The notes under the pieces are model-generated. The model had not been told where the DNA came from. It searched no databases and saw only the letters and a list, made by a program, of their open reading frames with translations. From Calcarisporiella thermophila CBS 279.70 (lineage: Eukaryota > Fungi > Calcarisporiellomycota): DNA of 64,000 nucleotides. Shown here one piece after another: positions 48,393 through 60,740 of the stretch. Positions within the stretch are counted from its first letter, which is position 1; each line of letters starts with the position of its first letter. Position numbers and translations under genes: made by a program. Where the stretch lies: NCBI RefSeq assembly GCF_041956535.1, contig NW_027192197.1:321829-385828 (forward strand). The letters are read 5' to 3'.

Positions 48393-50385
48393 ATGACCTC
48401 TTTCTCTGTACGTTATCATTGTTCATGCTCAACTCTTCGTAAATCATCTCAGAATGATTCGTTTACAGCTGTCAAAGGAGCTACAATTCTCGACATCTCT
48501 TCTCCACAGACTCTCTTTTCATTGCACGAACTAAATGATTTATATTTTTGTGAAGACTGTCATCAATTGCGATGTCCTCGATGCGTTCAAGAGGAAATTG
48601 TATGTTATTATTGTCCAAATTGTTTATTTGAAGTTCCTACAGCAAGCTTGAAAGGAGAGCGGAATAGGTACTTTTTAAATGTAATCCTTCTGTTACTTCA
48701 CCTATTAATTTCGAAATTAGATGCGCAAGAAATTGTTTTATGTGCCCAATATGTCAGAATACATTGTCCGTCCTGGCGACTAATGAAGCACCACAGACAT
48801 CCCAGGGAGGTAGCCCCGGTAGTGCTCAATCTGCGACTGTAGCTGCAGGTCCGTATTATCTACATTGCGGAGTTTGTCGCTGGGACTCTCGTGAAATCGA
48901 TCTGACTTTTGAGAGGCCCACCGGATTAGCATGTTAGTTGGCATACTTTAATTGTTTTAAAAAAATTTCTTATTCCAGTTTTATGAATTATATAGTACAG
49001 CTTCAGAAGAATGAGGAAACCTCAGCTGATATAAAGGAGTTCGAGCGCCTGAAGGAGCACTATGAAAAATTACTGCGGGTCAATGCACCTTCTACCTTAC
49101 CTGCTTCTATTCTCTCCTTGCCAAGCAGCCTTACAACGATTGGGAAAATACACTCAAAAGAGTACAAAGGGGAAGATACCATGCCTTATGAACCAGTGGT
49201 TAAGATACCTGATGAGGATATGAAATCCGTAGATCTAGTGTTAGGAATGAATGATATCTACAAGGGTAAACACAATTTTAAGATCCTATTTTTGAGCTTT
49301 TTTTACTCCTATTCTATTACTTAGTTACATCTCTATCACAGCGCCTTAACCAGCTTCATGATCAACCTTACGATGTGCAGTAAGCATTTTTACCATAATA
49401 TATCATGATATATATTATAAACTTCGGCTTATTGTTTTATTATAGAAATCTTCAACCCCAGCGAATAAACCTCCGAACGAAACGGTCCAAAAGATGTAGA
49501 GGATGCCGCCATATTCTTATTAAGCCGGAGCAGAAAGCTCAAGTGACTCGATTCAAGATCAAGATGGTCGCAATGTAAATATTTTTTATAAAATATAGTT
49601 ATTTTTTGATTCTAATGGCCTAATTTATTACGGATGCTTTTTCCAAACATTTATTTTGCAGAAACTATATGCCAGCCATTAATATATCGTCTCTACTTTC
49701 ACCACTAAGGATAAACCAACCAACTCAAGTAATTCTCAAATTCATCAACCCTTTATACGACGAAATAAGTATTAGTTTAGCAACAAGCTGGCAAGATGAG
49801 CAGGGGGAGTGTGGCAAAGTGGATATTTATTTTTAGCTCTACAGTAGTTTTAGTTGCTTATAATTTTATTATTTTCGTCATCCCTAAAATCATTGTAGGT
49901 CACATTACTTTCACCTCAGTTCATAGTTGGGCCTTATAACGAGGTGTGGGAATATGACTACGATGCTATGACTAAACCTTCTCTTACACAACCTTCCGCA
50001 AACCCCCATGGATCATCCGTCTCTTGTGAAGGAATGACAAAAAGAGACACGGGTGGAATGGGAATATATGAGCAGAAGGCAAATTACACTAGCATTCGTG
50101 TTGAAATAATACCAAGGAAACTGGGAGAGTATAAGGTCAGATATTTTTTATGCTTTATCTATTTATATTCGTGTAGTTTAATTGAAATTCTTATCTTTAT
50201 AGTTTCCTTTGTTGGTAACTTTTTCGTACAAGCAACACGATGCAGATTCGGATGACAGTAACTCGGAAGATGCGTCAAAATCCGACAAGATGGAGATTGA
50301 AACTGGTAGTTCATCTGAAAGAGACGAAGAGGTAAAAGAGTATTCTTTCTGGTGTGTCATTGGACTTGGTGACGTCTCAGTTTAA
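48393..50385 (+). CDS. DCTN4: Dynactin subunit 4 (p62)
   Basis: LYFCEDCHQLRCPRCVQEEIVCYYCPNCLFEVP, RCARNCFMCPIC, YYLHCGVCRWDS, LRTKRSKRCRGCRHILIKPE. Confidence 0.93.
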
Positions 50386-51595
50386 ATTCATTTTGTTATT
50401 GCACGATAACTCTTATTTGAGAAATTTCTGTGGTGTATAAATGATAGTTCACTTCTAATTTCAAAGCCTATATAAATTCACTCCTAAAGCCATTTATTAT
50501 CTATTCATCCTGCATATGACGTATCCACCAATCATATATATTATATATGTGAATACATCCCTTATCTTGTATAACATAGGCTTTGGACTAGTAGTACGTT
50601 CTTCTATGTGCTCAAAATCAACAAAATAGCCATTTAGAGAAGGGATAGATAGACTCTTGGTGCATGTATGATTTAAATCTCTCTTATACTGCCCAGAAAA
50701 TATACCTCGAATTGAAATCATATCTTATTTCAATGGGCATACGCATTTTACTCATATCATGTTCCAAAAATGAGCACTAGTTTAAAAAATATCTCAACTT
50801 GGGCTAGAATTTGATATTTTCCCCTAAACTGAGAGGCGTTTTAATGTAGAAGCTCAAGCTCTGAAAATTTAAAATATGGGAATTAAATAACTTTGCTTGA
50901 TGGATTATTTTAAGTAAACTAAACATAAGTAGACATTATTAGAGGAAAATCGGAAATAAACTAAACTGAGTGACTTTATGACTAATTATTCTTATTATTG
51001 CAAGTATTAGTACGATAATTGAATTCACAACTCAATAAATTTTTATCACTTATTGCGAAATAGATCCTTAATATAATCTCTCTTTAGTGATATTTCACAT
51101 TCAGTGTAGTGTATTTATGAAGAAAAAATCATATTTTTTACGATCATTTAACATTTCTCTTATATTCTCTTATACACATGAAGATGGCTTTCTCACAATT
51201 GCTACTTAATCCTAAATTAGCCGTAATTTTCCGTGATTTCCCAGAGAAGGCTAAGCAATCACAGGCTAGGAATTAATACCATATACTTAAATATTATCAT
51301 ATATATCATCTTTTGTTTGAACCTTTAACCAACTTTGAGAGGAGAGTATTCTTATATCAGTATCTTTTAAAAGTATATGCGTCTATCTGAAGTTGAAGAT
51401 TTGTATTGTCTCAGGTTAAATTTCAGCTCTTGGTCAGCGAGCTCTAAATTTTACATCGTCATCAAAATTTCATACTCAGATTAAATTCACATGCTCTTTT
51501 CTTATTTCTTGAAAAGACCTGCTTTGCTTTTTTCTTCTCTCTCTCCTTACTTTTAAACATTCCTGTTATCTAGCTTATCTACCCCCAAGTGTACC

Positions 51596-53290
51596 ATGTC
51601 CATTCCACTGACTACTTCAAACGGTATATGCTCTTGAAATCTTTTCACGATTTTAATGATTTCTAACTTTTTTTTTACAGGCAACCCCATCGAAAATAAC
51701 CAGACCTCCATCACTGCTGGCGAGTGGGGACCCGTTCTGATTAATGATTTTAATCTGATTGACCAACTTGCCCATTTTGATCGTGAGCGTATTCCGGAGC
51801 GTGTGGTTCATGCCAAGGTTCGATATGATTTTATTTTTTTTATCGTTAATCTCTGACATATATTTTTATTAGGGTGCTGGTGCACACGGTTATTTCGAAG
51901 TGACGCATGATGTGACACATCTTACTAAGGCTAAATTCCTTGACCGAGTGGGCAAACGTACACCCGTGTTTGTCCGATTTTCCACTGTAGGTGGCGAAAA
52001 AGGTTCTGCCGACACTGCTCGTGATCCTCGCGGTTTTGCAGTCAAGTTTTACACTGAAGAGGTATTTTGACGTAAACCATTTTGTCAATTGAATGTGTAT
52101 TTATCAATTCTTATTTCAACAAAGGGTAACTGGGATATGGTTGGAAACAACACTCCTGTTTTCTTTATACGTGATCCAATTAAATTCCCTCACTTCATTC
52201 ACACTCAAAAACGTCACCCTCAGACTAATTATCCTGACGCCGATATGTTCTGGGATTTCCTTTCACTTGTACCCGAGTCTCTTCATCAGGTTACCATTCT
52301 TATGAGCGACCGTGGTACTCCCGATGGTTATCGCCATATGAACGGCTATTCATCGCATACACTCAAATTGGTCAATGAAGAGGGCAAATTCAAATATGTT
52401 AAATTCCACTTTAAGACCGATCAAGGAATTAAAAACTTTACCGCCGAGGAAGCCAGGAGACTTGCTGGAGAAGATCCTGACTATGCTACACGTGACCTGT
52501 TTAATGCCATTGCTCGAGGTGATTACCCATCGTGGAGTGTGTATGTCCAAGTAATGGAACCTGAGGATGCTAAAAAATACCGTTGGAACCCATTCGACGT
52601 GACTAAAGTTTGGCCCCACGGTGATTATCCTCTGCAACCTATCGGTAAAATGGTACTCAATCGTAACCCAGATAACTACTTCGCTGAGGTGGAGCAGGCT
52701 GCGTTCGCTCCTTCTCACCTCGTGCCTGGCATTGATGCATCCTATGATCGAATGCTTCAAGGGCGTCTTTTCTCTTATCCTGATACTCACCGTCATCGTC
52801 TAGGACCTAATTATCATCAAATTCCTATTAATACGCCTAAGAACCGTGTGGCCAATTATCAACGCGATGGATTTATGGCCGTGAATGGAAACGGAGGTGC
52901 CGCACCTAACTATGAACCCAATAGCTTCTCGCCCATTCGCCAAACAAACATTCCTCATACTACCTTCTCAGCCGAAGAAGTTTCAGGACTCGTTGGTCGC
53001 TTCACGTATCGCCTAACTGATGACGATTTTGTCCAACCTGGCAATCTCTATCGCCTTATGACAAATGACCAAAAGGTATTGCGATATTTTATGTCATATT
53101 TGAAATTTGAATATTGTATCTCATTGGCGTTTCATTCACTTAGGAGCGATTGGTTTCCAACATCGTTAATTCTTTGGGAGGAGCCAAGAGATTCATTCAA
53201 GAGCGCCAACTTCAGCATTTCTACCGCGCAGACAAGGAGTGGGGAAAGCGTATTGAGGATGGCTTGAAGAAGCTTCAGTCCAAAGCATAA
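51596..53290 (+). CDS. CAT: Monofunctional heme catalase (small-subunit clade)
   Basis: [72 protein letters not shown]. Five exons; ends LQSKA. Confidence 0.97.
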
Positions 53291-53596
53291 ACTATTTAAA
53301 ATTATGTTGGGATTCTTATGAATTCTTATTTTATTATTTTTTTTTCTTCAGCTGTAAAATTTAATGATTTCCCAACTCTCCCTTTTTATTTTGTATTAGA
53401 GAAAATGAAGAATAAGCAATAGCCTAAACGAATGGTTTTTTTCATGAGGCAATAAATGGCTATAATGAATTTTGACAGATGGATTCCTACTGATACGAGA
53501 CTCTCAAAGGATTCTATTTTTGTGAAGAGTTTTTGAAGTATAAATTGTATTATTTTCCGTAGTAAAATATATCTGGATATGTAGGTGGCAAAATTA

Positions 53597-53604
53597 CAGT
53601 CACA
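53597..53604 (+). promoter_or_regulatory. Homol-D-like box (CAGTCACA) upstream of RMT2
   Basis: Exact octamer 50 nt upstream of ATG 53655. Confidence 0.45.
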
Positions 53605-53654
53605 AACTACAAACAAAATTCGAGCTAAATACTAAACTATGCTTCATATAAGTC

Positions 53655-54886
53655 ATGGATAATTCTATAATCGAAGCTTGCGAACAAGGTATAGAGATAT
53701 GAAATTGAAATACAAATAATTATTCGATTAAATTTACAAATATCGATAGGCAATATTGAGGCTTTGAAAGAGCTTATCTCACAAGACAGTTCTCATCTAG
53801 CTCATCCACTCCTTCATATTGCTGCACGGAATGGCCATGTCAACATCGTGCGCTATCTTTTGAGACATGGCTTTCCATGGAACTCATTAGACTCAAAAGG
53901 AAACACAGCGGGTGAAGATGCCACTCCTGAGTGTTATGAAGAGTTAGTAAACGAGGGTGTGAGGGCAGAAATGGTGCTAGGACTTTTAGCAAGAAAAGAG
54001 GAGACTGAGAGTGAGGATGAAGGAGAAGAGAAGAAACATATCGTAAATGCAGATTATCTGAGCCAGACACTTCTATATAAAGATGAAAAATTAATAGATG
54101 AAGAAGGAAACGGAGTAATGATGGGTAAGAATGCATAGATATATATGTAAGTATAAAACTGCCAAAATTCATTCTGATTTTTGTGGCATAGGTTGGGAGG
54201 AACCACTCATGAAGCGGCACGCAGATATAATTTGTCCCAAGGAAGGTCTAACTGTATTAAATATTGGTATGTGCCAGAGAACAGTGTCTTATCCATCACT
54301 TATTTGGATTAATCGATTGTAAATACTAAGGATTTGGACTTGGAATTATTGATAAGGAGCTCCAAAAACGAAGGCCTGCAAACCATGTTATTGTAGAAGC
54401 GCATCCAGATGTTTACAAGTATATGCTCAGTAATGGCTGGGACAAAAAACCAGGAGTAAAAATTTTATTCGGACGATGGCAGGAAAAGATTGGAGAAATT
54501 GCACAGTTTTGTTACGATGGAATCTTTTTTGACACGTTTGGAGAGCATTATCAGGTGGGCACTATTAGAGACAATTTTAGCTTTTTTTGTATAGTACGCC
54601 TATATTTCTACAAATTTAGGATATGCGTGAATGGCATGAGCACGTCCCTAACATCCTCGCACCCAACGGTACCTATTCATTTTTTAATGGACTTGGGGGC
54701 GATCACCAACTGTTTAATTCGGTATACTGCCGAATTGTTGAGATTGAACTTGGTAGCATGGGTTTGGAAACTACCTATGAACCTGTTGAAATAGATGTGG
54801 ACGACCCCAGGATATGGGATGGAATCAAGAGACAATATTGGCAATTAAAAAAATACCATTTGCCAATTTGTCGATTCATTGATTAA
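53655..54886 (+). CDS. RMT2: Protein arginine N-methyltransferase 2 (ankyrin plus GAMT-like domain)
   Basis: LHIAARNGH, TAGE, ELVNEGVRAE, GVMMGWEEPLM, VLNIGFGLGIID, VEAHPDVY, YDGIFFDTF, YSFFNGLG. Confidence 0.94.
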
Positions 54887-55504
54887 AATTAAACTATCCA
54901 GGCAAACAGTAGAATAAAGTCATCTTTTTGGTTAGCTGCCTCTTCTATTAGCTTTTAACTAAATATTTAGAAAGAGGGGAAATATTCGCTTTTATTCGAG
55001 ATAAAAATATCCTATTTTGCACTTATAATGTTATCCTAATCTTATTTAAAGAGAGCTCGACTAAATAATTTCATTACTTAAGATAAACTTGATGTAAATT
55101 TTAAGGGCGCTGTATATAATCACTTTTTATCCAAAAATATTATCTATTTATGCATGATATTATGCTCATTAAATAATTGACTAGGCATGTGCGAGCGCTG
55201 GGATGAGAAAGAAATATAAAAGGATAAAAGCTTTCTAACACACATACAAAAAAAAAGAAAAATAAATTCAGCAAAAAAGAAAATTGTCAATGTGGGGAAT
55301 TGAGACGCTAAGCATAGTAAAAATGTTCTCTTTTCACAACTATGATCCTCAATAGATATTTCAGCCTTAAAGACTTTTAATTTTATCGCTTGCTAAACCA
55401 CATTCTACTATAAGCCAATCAGCTATCAAAACGAGGGCTCTGACTTGAATTTTTCTAGTAATCATTTCATATGTATCCAATTCTTCTTAGGATTATTAAA
55501 GATA

Positions 55505-57872
55505 ATGCGTAAATTCACTCGTTTGTTCTCAGTTTTTATTCTAGTGCTATCGCACTTATCAACAATATGGGCAAAAGAGATGATATCTCTAAGAGATGAG
55601 GACTTCGATAAATCGATTGCAAAGGGTGTTTGGTGAGTACGAGTTCATTATTGTTAACTATTTAACATCCTTGAAGCGTGTGAAAAGATGGAGAATTTTC
55701 AGCTTGTTTTGCTCTGTTGCAATCGTATCTAAATCCATCATTTTTATGTATAAATTCGAAGGTTTATAAAATTTTTTGCTCCTTGGTGTCCACACTGCAG
55801 AGCACTAGGTATTGATACAATCCACCTTATTCTGTTGATGTATATTGAATGCTTAGAGAACACGTTCAATAATTTCAATCTTTTTATATAATAGCTCCGA
55901 AATGGTCTGAACTTCACAATGTCCTGGCTCCCTTGGAGGAAGATAAAGAGCTCTATATTGCTGAAGTGGATTGTACACTAAATGGAGGTATAGAGCTTCT
56001 CTATATAATATTTTATTACTTTCGCTAAATTTTCTGCTATAGATCTCTGTACGAAAAATGCGATCAAATATTATCCTACTTTATATTTGTAAGTCTTGAA
56101 GAATTTAAAGTTATTAGTTTACCGATTATTCTTACTAAATTTTTTTAATCTTTTAGATTTCAAGATGGTGTAAAAATCGAAGAATATAATGATGATCTCG
56201 AAGTTGCCAGTTTGAAGAACTACGTTCTGAATAAGTTCGACCAGCTAACAAATGCACCAACGTCTAATACCTTGGGTGAAAAGGCTGAGGAAACCAATGA
56301 TAACTCAGGAAATATAATCGAGATACCAAACCCTGATGGTAAATTAATATCCTTGGATGCAGCAACCTTTGAAAAACAGGTGCTTGGCGCTCCAGATCAG
56401 CATTGGTTTATCGATATGTATGCTCCATGGTGTGATCATTGCAAAAGACTGGCTCCAACATGGGAAAAGCTGGCTTTATCACTGAAAGGACAAGTTAACG
56501 TGGCCAAAATAGATTGCACTACCGAAATCTCATTATGCAAGTCTTATAATGTGAAGAGATTCCCCACCTTAAAATTGTAACTATATTAGTCTATCATATT
56601 CTATTTATTCTTTTTTAACCTATCATGCTACTTTCATAGTTTTGCTCAAGGTGGTAATGTAGAATACAATGGCCCACGGACACTTGAGGCTTTTCAGAGT
56701 TTTGCACGAAAAATGGCAGGGTATATTTATCATTGATCATTTCTTTATTAAATTCTCTATTTATAACCTGCACTTGCATTTATTTAGTTCTCCTATACAA
56801 GAAATTTCTGCTGCTGATCTACCAAAACTAAAGCAGGACCATGAGTCCTTTTTCCTTTTTCTCTATGATAGCCGCACATCAAAAGATGAAATGGTAAGGA
56901 CATAAATTATCGGACAATGTGTTGAATGAATTGATTAATGTTATTACGGATAGAATTCGGTATCTGCTGTAGCCCGCAAATATCTCGACCAAGTGCAGTT
57001 CTTCAAGTCGAAAGATCCCATTACTCAACGTGCAGTCGGTGTATCAACAACATCACTTCTAGTCTTGAAAGAAGGATACCAGGAAAAATTTTCGGGCCCG
57101 TTTTTGAGTAATTCTATCCAAGAGTGGGTCGGTCGCGTGCGTTTTCCGCTTCTCGCCGAATTAAAATACGACAACATAAATGACTTGTTCAAAGGTGATC
57201 GCCTTATTGTGCTCGGGATCTATGACACAAATAAACCAGGATGGAAAACAGATAATGCCCGCCTCAAAGCCGTTGCACTCGAAACTTACACTCGGAATCC
57301 GCATATTGATGTTGCTTTTGCATGGCTTGATGGAGTGCAGTGGAGTCGATATATATACCGAATGTACAGCTTACGTCCTCGCAACCTTCCAAGAATTGTT
57401 ATTGCCCATTCCAATGTAAATGCCTGTGAATTACTCCTACCTTTAATTAACTACTCCTACCTTTCTAACTTAATATTTTCTACAGAAGGATAAATACTGG
57501 GACACTGACTCGACTGGGAGATATCTCGTAGCAGATAATAGTCTTATTGATACACTTTCTGCTATTGAAAACAAGAAAATTCTGGTAAGCTATTCACATA
57601 GTATTCACATTCATCGTCTCTTATTTCAATTTCTGTCACAATTTTCATATGCATAGCCAAAAAGTTCCATCGGTTTCCTAGAGCGAACTGCACGGTCTTT
57701 CTATCATAAAATTAACGAAATTGGACGACTTATTGGTCGTCATCCATTTATTGCTCTCTTAATAATATCTGGATTAGGTTACTTTGCTTTGAAACTTTCA
57801 TCCGTGAGGAATGCCGCACGACTTTCGGGCAGCGGGTGGTCGCTGGAAACGTCGCATCCTAAACCAGAATAA
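55505..57872 (+). CDS. EPS1: Membrane-anchored PDI-family thioredoxin protein (Eps1-like)
   Basis: Signal peptide, FAPWCPHC and YAPWCDHC thioredoxin motifs, inactive Trx-like domains, a C-terminal TM helix, and a KPE end. Confidence 0.8.
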
Positions 57873-58196
57873 AATATTTATGAGGGAGAGTTGATTAAAT
57901 GACGGATGTCTGTTGTCTCTTGTTATTTTATGTGTTAAATCCTTCCAATCCCATGTTGTCTTTTAAAGTCTTTTCAAGCTCATTAGCGAGTATCTCACAT
58001 TTCATATTTTATCTTGATATTAAAAGAAATGCTTAAGCTGTTTTGACCACGAGTTATTTTGATGAGAAATATGCAAGATGAGAAGTAGAGATCACATATT
58101 TTTCAGTAATATATACTGAAGTTGATATTTCTGCTATCAAGATCAAATTTTGTTATATTATATAATGTCTAAAATACAAGAGGATGAAAGGAAATA

Positions 58197-58763
58197 TTAT
58201 GTATTAAGTGAGTATTTGTGACCACACTTGCGACAATGGTAGAATACTGTTTGGCCTTCATCAGCAGACCGCATTTGCATGGTGTAGAAGCTCATTTCAT
58301 TATGACCACAGCTCGGGCATTTTTCTTCGATCTAATAGACAATAAGATATTTTTTTACAATATACACATGGAACTAATCGAAATTTTATATTTACGGTAG
58401 CATCATTAGATCCTTTGTGTTTTTGCACCACAACTGATCGCTTGTTTTTAAGTGCGTTCTTAAATACAGAAGGTGAGCTCCTGGTAACGACTTCAAAGGA
58501 TTCGTAGTCTATTGAACAAATGTCAAATCAAATGAAGTATTTAGTAAACACCTTAAAAACAATTTTCTTTGATAATATAATATGTTCAATAAACATAGCA
58601 TACCAATACTGCTTTGGACAGTGCCACATAATGAACAAGCAAGCAAGTCATCATCTCCTGGCATATCTAGAAGATTTCCACACTCAGGACAGAATATAAG
58701 TGAGCCGATGATTGCAGGCTGATTAGAACTAGCAGACGGATTTGACATTTTGTATTTGGACAT
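58197..58763 (-). CDS. RPA12: RNA polymerase I subunit A12.2
   Basis: GSLIFCPECGNLL...CSLCG and [39 protein letters not shown]. Confidence 0.95.
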
Positions 58764-58832
58764 TTATTACAATTAATAGTTCAAAATATATGTATAAACA
58801 TCTGTATTTTATTTCGCAGTCATAAAATTTGA

Positions 58833-58840
58833 CAGTCACA
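58833..58840 (+). promoter_or_regulatory. Homol-D-like box (CAGTCACA) in the RPA12/FANCL divergent promoter
   Basis: Exact octamer plus a one-mismatch copy CAGTCATA at 58817, both within a 133-bp intergenic region. Confidence 0.45.
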
Positions 58841-58896
58841 TTTAATATAACATTTATTGCTCAGAAAATTGGCACTGCGCTGGAAATACGTTGTTA

Positions 58897-60571
58897 ATGA
58901 TTGCATTTCCATACTTTTGCCCAGCAAACGAAAGCGCTTCCTATTACAGTGGTTTTATCACGATTAGTGTAATAGTTCTTTTCTATCATAGAAGTAATTT
59001 CGGTGATATATCATGACTTTATTACTTCAGGGTCAGGAATATTTTCTCGAGATTGAGATTCCATCTAATCAAAAAGATTTAAGCGGTGCAATATTATATG
59101 GATGCCCTGCTCTCAGAAATTTGCTTGCTCCTCATAAAACTGCTATCCAGCAAGTAGGGTTTTTCTACAGATACCTTCTCATAGCACATTTTTAATACTT
59201 ATCACGATTTATTCCCTACATAAGAGGCTGGATCAATGTTCTGATATTACAAGCTTTTTGCTTGATTTACGTGAATTTTTAGTAAAATTTTTTCTTTTGT
59301 TTTTATTGTTTATAAAAAATTAACCCTTTTTATTTTAGGAAAGGAATGTCAATTACGATAAACCGCTATGGAAGCCTGCAGCTACATTCTACATGACCTT
59401 GCTTGCTGAACTCGAGGAAATTGGATGGGAGAAACTACAATATATAGAACCCTCTTTAATGAAGATGCAATTTCTAATAAGGTAGTTGCATTAATACTTT
59501 TGCACTCATGTTTTCTCATGGTTTTTTAAATTTAGAGGCGTCTCAGGAAGGGAGCATCATATCCATATAAGTTTGCCGCCTAATTATCCAGATTCTTCAC
59601 CTCAAGTACGAGTAGATATTCCAGTGCCCCTAAAAATTGATTTTAAAAATCCTGGCATACCCCAGATAAATCATATCCTTAATGCATGTAGAGAGGTAGC
59701 CTCATCGGTTATACTTGCTACACTTCATATACAATCTATCTAAATATTTTGTTTGTTAGGTGATTCAAACTTATGAACCTCTCTGGGATGTATTGGATGA
59801 CCTTGATGAAAACGCTTGGATCCTTGAACCCGATAAACCAAGTCGTAGCGACCTAATGCGACGGCTGTCTCTTGGTAGTTGTTATATATAATTTGGTTCA
59901 GTTTAATAGTGTGATTGACCTTTTCATTATATAATAGGCAATCATTGCTCGCTTCAGATAGAGCTAGACCCAGAAATGCCACGTGCTCTTTGCAAATGTC
60001 GTCTATTTGGACCTGAGCACGCGATATCATCATTACGTGAAAATATGAATCGAAATAGACAACTATGGTAAAGTTTTAAATAGAATATCGAGTAATCTTA
60101 AATATATATTAACATTTATTTATTTAGGAACCCAGCTCACTCAGTTAGAAAAAACTTGGAGATATTACTTGAATGTTCTCTCCCATCACGACGTAAATCC
60201 AACGAGGACGAGGAATACAGTGTTTCATGCGGAATATGTTATGCTTATCAAATAAATGGACGAATACCTGATCAGATGTGCAACAATACACTATGTGGGC
60301 AACCTTTTCACCAAACATGCTTATATGAGGTATATTTGTTTTTCTTTGATCTTATTTAAATTACGCCGGGTTGGACATCTATTAATTACATTAGTGGCTA
60401 CGATCAATACCCTCTACACGACAAAGCTTTAACTGTTTGTTTGGAGCATGCCCATATTGTAAAGATGTAATATTTAGAAACTCGGTATATTTTATGGCTT
60501 TTCTAATCTACATCCCTTTCACTTTCTTCTCATAGTCTATCATGACAACTTCATTCGAAACAATAAAGTAG
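58897..60571 (+). CDS. FANCL: E3 ubiquitin ligase FANCL (Fanconi anaemia pathway)
   Basis: YSGFIT, ELEEIGW, WDVLDDLDENAWILEPDKPSR, FGPE, and the C4HC3 RING CGICYAY...CNNTLCGQPFHQTCLYEWLRS...RQSFNCLFGACPYC. Confidence 0.92.
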
Positions 60572-60740
60572 CAATTCAGAATGTGGCTTAGCAAAATTAT
60601 GAACGGGGGTCAGTTTGATTCTTATAACTAGAGGAATAAAATATTATCTATTTTTTCTCGGTTTAATAATAAGGGCAAAAAAAAAGAAAAAAAATACGTT
60701 TTTCTACAAGCCTATATGCCTTTATATTCCACCATTCATT

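Noticed and set aside
50497-50721. 74-aa ORF in the spacer upstream of catalase
   Set aside because: No recognisable domain or splice structure; its length is compatible with chance.
53270-53300. Cryptic peroxisomal targeting of catalase by readthrough or intron retention
   Set aside because: The stop is TAA-ACT (not TGA-CTA), and neither the extension nor the retained-intron frame ends in a PTS1. The native SKA end is at best non-canonical.
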